This document shows, one piece after another, positions 43,287 to 48,037 of a DNA stretch of 48,037 nucleotides. The DNA lies in contig JABXGV010000027.1 of the NCBI GenBank assembly GCA_016550485.1, forward strand, positions 1 through 48,037. Direction: 5' to 3'. Under the pieces are notes generated by a model. That model had not been told where the DNA came from and did not search any database. It was given only the letters and a program-made list of their open reading frames with translations. Position numbers and translations under genes: made by a program. The stretch comes from an archaeon. GTDB lineage: Archaea > Asgardarchaeota > Hermodarchaeia > Hermodarchaeales > Hermodarchaeaceae. Within the stretch, counting starts at the first letter, position 1. Each line of letters starts with the position of its first letter.

Positions 43287-43655
43287 CTACTGGGGTTCTA
43301 GGTCCTGAAACAGTGTGCGGATGTACCGGAAGACGAGTAAAAGTAACTCAAAATCAAGGACTGGACCAAAGGATATTCGATGCTTGCCGCCGGGCTCGGC
43401 GTAAAGAAAGATATTGGCGTTTTTCTTGATGATGACACTGCCCTGGCTGTCTTCGGTGTAGACATCAAAGTCTTTGAAGAACTGTCTTACGAATGAGATA
43501 TCCAAGGGGCGATTAAGTGTAATATTAGCATACCCAGACTCGGTGGCTTGAATCCTTAGTTTACCTATGGTTAGTGTATCACCACGTTCTATGACTGGTT
43601 GTGCACCATCAAGTAATTTCACAAGCGATTCCTTTACTAGGTCCTTCCATGTCAT
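43287..43655 (-). CDS. hypothetical protein (122 aa)
   Basis: The ORF is open to 43700, but ATG at 43655 is preceded by AAGGAGG about 8 nt upstream (SD-like). No family recognised. Confidence 0.5.
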   Translation of the reverse strand: MTWKDLVKESLVKLLDGAQPVIERGDTLTIGKLRIQATESGYANITLNRPLDISFVRQFFKDFDVYTEDSQGSVIIKKNANIFLYAEPGGKHRISFGPVLDFELLLLVFRYIRTLFQDLEPQ

Positions 43656-43850
43656 CTTGCTGCCTCCTTGGAACACGCAGATGTAATCCGAGCGCCGCAC
43701 ACCACTCTAGACTACTTGCATGCAGGTTAGTCCTAGAAACTGCACTAAATTAAAGTTTCGTTTTTCTCAGCCTAGATGGGATAACTTCTGCCCAAGAATT
43801 ATTAGCTAGTGCATACAAGCTGAATCCTATTAATCTGATAATTCCTGGAT

Positions 43851-44201
43851 TTGGATATGATGATTGTAGCACGCTTTGAAGAACGAGCAGAAGAGAAGGT
43901 AACAATACACGGAACTACTGGAACCACAATCCGGTGGCTCATCAATAAGGATAACGGGGCACGCACCTTTGCCATGCGGCGCATCGTAATCCAACCAAAG
44001 GGGAAAATTCCCCTACACACCCACGCTGAAGATCATGAAATCTATGTGCTATCAGGTGAAGGCGCTGTTCTCAAAGAGGAAGGCGAGTTCCCCTTCGAGC
44101 AGGACATGTTCATATACATACCACCCAATCTGCGGCACGGTTTTCAAAATACGGGCACAAACCCACTAGTATTTCTTTGCGTGATTCCCCTTCTCGACTA
44201 A
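43851..44201 (+). CDS. cupin-domain protein
   Basis: Cupin motif 1 G.IPLHTHAEDHEIYVLSGEG and motif 2 IYIPPNLRHGFQN. Confidence 0.8.
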   Translation: MDMMIVARFEERAEEKVTIHGTTGTTIRWLINKDNGARTFAMRRIVIQPKGKIPLHTHAEDHEIYVLSGEGAVLKEEGEFPFEQDMFIYIPPNLRHGFQNTGTNPLVFLCVIPLLD

Positions 44202-44218
44202 TTCTAAAACAACAGACA

Positions 44219-45085
44219 CTAATCCAGCGGAAGATCACGGCAGAGTCTTTGGCCTGTAGGCGTGTTGGCTAGGCCCCCTTGGGCTGTTTCACGCAGGCTT
44301 TCAGGAAGGGCTTTTCCTACCTCATCCATAGCGCTAATCACTTCGTCTACGGGGATTCGGCTTTCAACCCCAGCAAGCGCAAGCTCTGCGGCTAAAAACG
44401 TCTGCATCAAGGCTCCAGCATTGCGTAAAATACATGGTACTTCTACTAGTCCAGCTACAGGGTCACACACTAGTCCCAGCATATTACTAAGACAGAGTGC
44501 AACTGCATAACCCACTTGTTTTGGTGTACCACCAGCTAACTCGGTTAGTGCACCAGCAGCCATAGCAGCAGCTACTCCACACTCTGCTTGACATCCACCT
44601 TCAGCACCTGAAATTGAGGCATTAATTGAACAGACTATTCCGATTCCAGCTGCTGTAAACAACGCAAGAATTACATCGTCCTCCGATAGCTTAAGACGAC
44701 TTGCAGCCTCTGTGAGTGCAGCAGGAACTATGCCGCAGCTTCCCGCTGTAGGACAGGCAACAATCTTTCCCATAGCAGCATTGACTTCTGCCACACCCAG
44801 CGCCATTGCTACGGCTTTGATGATTCGTCGGCTTAGAAACCGAGGTTTTGTCTTGGTTACAAGTTTTGCATCTCCGCCGCTGAGCCCACTGACTGATCGG
44901 TTCTCCTTGGCAAGACCACGACGGATGGACGCCTGCATTACCCTCCAAACCTTGACCATCTGCTCACGAACTTTTTCAGGCGGCATATCCTTTTGTTCTG
45001 CTTCCACAGCTATAACTATTTCACCGATTTTTTTCTTCTGTTTTTCTGCGAGACGTATCAAATCCTGTATATTCCTATAATTCAT
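44219..45085 (-). CDS. sdaAA: L-serine ammonia-lyase (iron-sulfur dependent), alpha subunit
   Basis: GKIVACPTAGSCGIVPA, SGAEGGCQAECG, LGLVCDPVAGLVEVPC. Confidence 0.9.
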   Translation of the reverse strand: MNYRNIQDLIRLAEKQKKKIGEIVIAVEAEQKDMPPEKVREQMVKVWRVMQASIRRGLAKENRSVSGLSGGDAKLVTKTKPRFLSRRIIKAVAMALGVAEVNAAMGKIVACPTAGSCGIVPAALTEAASRLKLSEDDVILALFTAAGIGIVCSINASISGAEGGCQAECGVAAAMAAGALTELAGGTPKQVGYAVALCLSNMLGLVCDPVAGLVEVPCILRNAGALMQTFLAAELALAGVESRIPVDEVISAMDEVGKALPESLRETAQGGLANTPTGQRLCRDLPLD

Positions 45086-45105
45086 AGCGACACCTCAGAC
45101 CTTTG

Positions 45106-45786
45106 CTAGTAGATTGGGTGAATGAATCGAACAATCTGAGCTACTTTCTCTAGTTGTTTGACTGCTTCGAGAGGCAGAGCCTGATCCATTTCTATTGCCA
45201 TCGCCGCAAGCCCACCTCGGCGTTGGCGCGTTACATTAGCAGTTGCAATGTTCACCTTATTTTTAGCAATTATTTCAGAAGCTTGGGCTACAATCCCCGG
45301 TTGATCTTTGTGAATCGTGATTAGAGTGTAATACTCTCCTGAGAGTGTGATTGGTAGCCCATTAATCTCAATAACGGAGATGTTGCCACCCCCAACACTA
45401 ATGGCTGTAATTTCAAAACTTGTACCTAAACTGCTCTGAAGAAGTAAGCGTGCTGTATTTGGATGATAGTCATCACCAAGATCCACACGGCGAAACTTCA
45501 CTAGTAGTCCTTTCTCTTTGGCGATTTCAAGAGAGTTAGATATTCGTTCATCTGCGGCACCGAAACCCAATAACCCTGCCACAAGAGCCTTGTCTGTACC
45601 ATGACCCTTGCCAGTGAGAGCGTATGAACCATGAAGGTATATCACTGCCTTTACTACAGGTTCACCAAGAATAGCCCCAGCGATTTGACCAATACGTACG
45701 GCCCCAGCTGTATGACTGCTCGATGGTCCAATCATAATTGGTCCGATGACTTCGAAAACACTATCTGCTTTACCCAATCTAAGCAC
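45106..45786 (-). CDS. sdaAB: L-serine ammonia-lyase, beta subunit (with ACT-like regulatory domain)
   Basis: SVFEVIGPIMIGPSSSHTAGAVRIG. ACT-like C-terminus (YTLITIHKDQPGIVAQASEIIAKNKVNIA). The frame is open to 45879, but that would overlap the PadR gene by 41 nt. GTG 45786 (or TTG 45777) gives the family-typical short N-terminus. Confidence 0.88.
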   Translation of the reverse strand: MLRLGKADSVFEVIGPIMIGPSSSHTAGAVRIGQIAGAILGEPVVKAVIYLHGSYALTGKGHGTDKALVAGLLGFGAADERISNSLEIAKEKGLLVKFRRVDLGDDYHPNTARLLLQSSLGTSFEITAISVGGGNISVIEINGLPITLSGEYYTLITIHKDQPGIVAQASEIIAKNKVNIATANVTRQRRGGLAAMAIEMDQALPLEAVKQLEKVAQIVRFIHPIY

Positions 45787-45838
45787 CTCAATATAAGCTA
45801 TAGCTAGAACTGGAAGAGATGGGCGGCTTATTAAATGG

Positions 45839-46183
45839 TTAGCATACTTGTCCGTATTCCTCTTCGATGATTTCACCAAAGACTTGGAAGAAATAGCGGC
45901 GGGCGTCAGCTAGCCCTTTCCTACCTTCCTCTGTGATGTGGTAAACGACTTGGCGTCCTTTACGGCTGGGTTTAATGAGACCTTTGTTCGCGAGTTCTTT
46001 TAGGGCGGGATATATAGTGCCTGGCGTGGGTTTGCTGCTGCGGCATTTGGCGAGTTCTAAGGCGATTTGTTGTCCGTTCATTGGCTCCCTGCTGATTAGC
46101 CAGAGTATTTGGAAGGAGAGGAGGCCGCGCATATCGCAGCAACCTGGTGGGCAACATTGTTCCTGCACTTTTTCAGGCGACAC
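45839..46183 (-). CDS. PadR-family winged-helix transcriptional regulator, possibly with a Cys-rich N-terminal extension
   Basis: FQILWLISREPMNGQQIALEL...GTIYPALKELANKGLI...VVYHITEEGRKGL. The N-terminal QCCPPGCC is translated only if GTG 46183 or GTG 46168 is used rather than ATG 46132. Confidence 0.85.
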   Translation of the reverse strand: MSPEKVQEQCCPPGCCDMRGLLSFQILWLISREPMNGQQIALELAKCRSSKPTPGTIYPALKELANKGLIKPSRKGRQVVYHITEEGRKGLADARRYFFQVFGEIIEEEYGQVC

Positions 46184-46188
46184 GCATT

Positions 46189-46254
46189 GTATTGGGTGCC
46201 CGATACATTTAAATATTCTCTACCTCTACGACTGTAATATTGGACACCCAATAC
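46189..46254. promoter_or_regulatory. perfect 10-bp inverted repeat bracketing the padR-like/arsM divergent promoter (candidate operator)
   Basis: GTATTGGGTG at 46189-46198 and its exact reverse complement CACCCAATAC at 46245-46254. The 46-bp spacer contains TTTAAATA. Confidence 0.4.
46208..46215. promoter_or_regulatory. TATA box candidate in the divergent padR-like/arsM intergenic region
   Basis: TTTAAATA matches the archaeal TTTAWATA consensus. It lies 56 nt upstream of the arsM ATG and 25 nt from GTG 46183 on the other strand. The motif is nearly palindromic. Confidence 0.35.
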
Positions 46255-46270
46255 CATTTGGCGAGCCATT

Positions 46271-47026
46271 ATGGATAAACCAAAACAAGTTTCAGAATTA
46301 TCTGATGAAGAAATCAAGGACGAGGTTCGAAGAGCCTATGCGAGAGTAGCTATGGCTCGACGAGGCAGCTGCTGTGACAAGGACACTTCCTGTTCTACAG
46401 ATAGCTTAGCAGCACGGTTAGGCTATGATGTTGAAGACATACCAGCCAGCGTAACCGAGTCCTTCGCTGGTTGCGGTAACCCTACCGCGCTAGCAAGTCT
46501 CCAAGAAGGAGAAATTGTACTGGACTTGGGAAGTGGTGCTGGCCTTGATGTATTTCTTGCAGCTAGAGCGGTCGGGGAAACCGGTTTTGTAATTGGGGTT
46601 GATATGACATCTGAGATGCTACAAAAGGCCCGTGATAATGCAATCAAACTTGGCATTACAAACGTTGAGTTCAGGCAGGGCGATATTGAAGCCCTCCCTG
46701 TAGAGGACAACTCGGTTGATGTAATCATCTCAAACTGTGTCATCAACTTGGCACCAGATAAGGCAAAGGTCTTCCAAGAAGCCTTCCGAGTGCTCCGCCC
46801 GGGAGGTCGGCTCCTTGTCTCCGATATGGTTCTAGTTGGAGAATTACCAGAAGAAATCAAGGAGTCGATTCGAAGCTACACTGGCTGCGTTGCTGGAGCA
46901 ATTCCTGAGACAGAATATTTGCAGCTCCTTCAAGAAGCAGGGTTTGAGAAAGTCGAGGTCCTCGAGCGATCAGGTTCGAGTGCTGTTATCAGCGCAAAAA
47001 TCAAAGCCATCAAACCAGCTACCTGA
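46271..47026 (+). CDS. arsM: arsenite S-adenosylmethionine methyltransferase
   Basis: VRRAYARVA, conserved Cys positions ([26 protein letters not shown]), SAM motif [22 protein letters not shown]. Confidence 0.9.
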   Translation: MDKPKQVSELSDEEIKDEVRRAYARVAMARRGSCCDKDTSCSTDSLAARLGYDVEDIPASVTESFAGCGNPTALASLQEGEIVLDLGSGAGLDVFLAARAVGETGFVIGVDMTSEMLQKARDNAIKLGITNVEFRQGDIEALPVEDNSVDVIISNCVINLAPDKAKVFQEAFRVLRPGGRLLVSDMVLVGELPEEIKESIRSYTGCVAGAIPETEYLQLLQEAGFEKVEVLERSGSSAVISAKIKAIKPAT

Positions 47027-47069
47027 CGAATTTAACTTGTAGTTGTATTCAGAAGAACAAGGAGAAGAA

Positions 47070-47900
47070 CTAGGCGAATAATCGAGGTAAGGGCAAAACG
47101 AAGGGGAATATCCAGAGAAGAATACTGGTGACAATTAGGCCAGCCAGTGTAACAACCCAATCAACAATACCAAAGCTAGGCTGTCTGTGATAAGTGCGTG
47201 TTTTGGCGTAACCGAATCCACGACCATCCATTGCCAGGGTGAGGTTGTCGACGCGGCTAAGGGCGGAGAAAATGAGGGGAAAGAAAGTGTACCGAACCTT
47301 AGTAAGGAATCCACGAATGACTCCCCGGTCCACAGGGATTCCGCGTGTGCGTTGAGCGTTTTGAACAATGGAGGATTCTTGGTCGAATAGTGGTACTAAC
47401 CGTAATGTCAATACTAGCGTGAAGCTGTAGCGGTAAGGTATTCGAAGGCGAGTTAATGCTACCGCGAAGAGCGTTGGATCGGTAGTTGCGATAAAGAGAG
47501 AGCTGGCTAACACTATGTTAATTAGTCGAAGCCCGAGGACAATTGCGTTCGCAACACCAGTCATGGTGATAGGGAAGAAGGGACCGAACCCAGGTATAAG
47601 AGGCGGAATGAGGAAGAACAGAACAATGCCATAGGAGGTAAAGACGAGCTGAACAACAGCAATCATGAGCGCAAAGGCAAGGATGCTACGTAAGCGGCTA
47701 ACAACATAGCGCAGGCTTATCCCTGCACCAAAATATGAGAAGAGAAGAAATGCTAGAAAGCCCAGAGAAAAAACATCGGAACTAAGTGCTACGGTGAGAA
47801 TAGCAAAACAGACCAAAACGGAGAGTTTGGTTAATGGATTTAGCCTGTGTATAACCGAGCGGCGAGAGAGATAACCAAAATAGGGGCGCCTTCCCTTCAT
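47070..47900 (-). CDS. ecfT: ECF transporter transmembrane (T) component
   Basis: LNPLTKLSVLV N-terminal motif, coupling-helix Ala-Arg-Gly-type motif (AQRTRGIP), about 6 TM helices. GGGAGGTG SD-like sequence upstream. ATGA overlap with the upstream ATPase gene. Confidence 0.88.
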   Translation of the reverse strand: MKGRRPYFGYLSRRSVIHRLNPLTKLSVLVCFAILTVALSSDVFSLGFLAFLLFSYFGAGISLRYVVSRLRSILAFALMIAVVQLVFTSYGIVLFFLIPPLIPGFGPFFPITMTGVANAIVLGLRLINIVLASSLFIATTDPTLFAVALTRLRIPYRYSFTLVLTLRLVPLFDQESSIVQNAQRTRGIPVDRGVIRGFLTKVRYTFFPLIFSALSRVDNLTLAMDGRGFGYAKTRTYHRQPSFGIVDWVVTLAGLIVTSILLWIFPFVLPLPRLFA

Positions 47901-48037
47901 TCTCTTTCTGGCACCTCCCTAGTAGCTGCTGATTGGCTTAGATGAGCCGGAAGGTAGTCGGTTTCACCAAGGCGGTTTAGCAGGGTAAAGGCCTCGTGAA
48001 TCGGAGCGTCGAGGACAAGTTCGCCTTCATCGAGAAA
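47897..48037 (-). CDS. ecfA: ECF/ABC transporter ATPase, C-terminal 46 codons (gene continues right of the window)
   Basis: Not in the ORF track because it has no start in the window. My translation of the minus strand from 48037 is FLDEGELVLDAPIHEAFTLLNRLGETDYLPAHLSQSAATREVPERE-stop. This is an ABC-ATPase C-terminal pattern. The stop TGA (47899-47897) overlaps the ecfT ATG. Confidence 0.65.
   Translation of the reverse strand, partial: FLDEGELVLDAPIHEAFTLLNRLGETDYLPAHLSQSAATREVPERE

Noticed and set aside
43287-43655. The N-terminus MTWKDLVKESL and the ~122-aa size with a C-terminal helix recalled the profilin SWQxYVD N-helix. This was tempting given the gelsolin gene 12 kb away.
   Set aside because: The similarity is limited to three or four residues. 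The central region shows none of the profilin beta-sheet or poly-Pro/actin-contact motifs I can recognise. It is left as hypothetical; a structure prediction would settle it.
45787-45879. 31-aa N-terminal extension of sdaAB (MVKSSKRNTDKY...) overlapping the PadR-type gene by 41 nt.
   Set aside because: Beta subunits of this family normally start a few residues before SVF(D/E)(I/V)IGP. In-frame GTG 45786 or TTG 45777 remove the overlap.
1-48037. Looked for CRISPR arrays, tRNA/rRNA genes, and integrases, transposases or IS ends across the whole window.
   Set aside because: No regularly spaced direct repeats. No GC-rich cloverleaf-like stretches or GGTTCGAATCC-type T-arm motifs in the intergenic regions. 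No translation in the ORF track resembles a recombinase or transposase. This was done by eye only, so tRNAscan, Infernal and a CRISPR finder should still be run.

Overview
Densely packed archaeal chromosomal segment with about 52 protein-coding genes on both strands. By eye I found no rRNA, tRNA, CRISPR array, integrase or transposase. All family calls come from reading motifs in the supplied translations. No database search was run, and gene starts are estimates.

Gene content: a two-domain gelsolin, formylmethanofuran dehydrogenase FwdD/FwdB, CofE plus a RimK-type ligase, archaeal ThiN, a four-subunit 2-oxoacid:ferredoxin oxidoreductase, a tungsten-type aldehyde:ferredoxin oxidoreductase, MobA, an iron-sulfur flavoprotein and an ECF transporter module. 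This points to an Asgard archaeon, possibly Thorarchaeota-like (inference). Most of the window is cofactor and energy metabolism plus membrane proteins.

Candidates for undescribed biology, all hypotheses:
1. A macro-domain gene next to a single-polypeptide ChlI-type AAA+ / vWA protein. Its long basic linker contains a predicted transmembrane hairpin.
2. A three-gene plus-strand block: a large HTH-like protein followed by two tandem paralogous Pol-beta-type nucleotidyltransferases. One paralog has the metal-binding DxD changed to DxN.
3. A PadR-type regulator with a possible CCPPGCC N-terminal extension, divergent from arsM. A perfect 10-bp inverted repeat brackets a canonical TATA box between them.
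4. The Asgard-type two-domain gelsolin itself.
5. Several orphan or odd fusions: a GNAT with a cross-brace zinc finger, an 1124-aa GNAT-fused protein, an Ada-like double zinc-module protein, tandem YbjN-like genes, and a HAD gene whose nucleophile Asp codon lies upstream of any canonical start.
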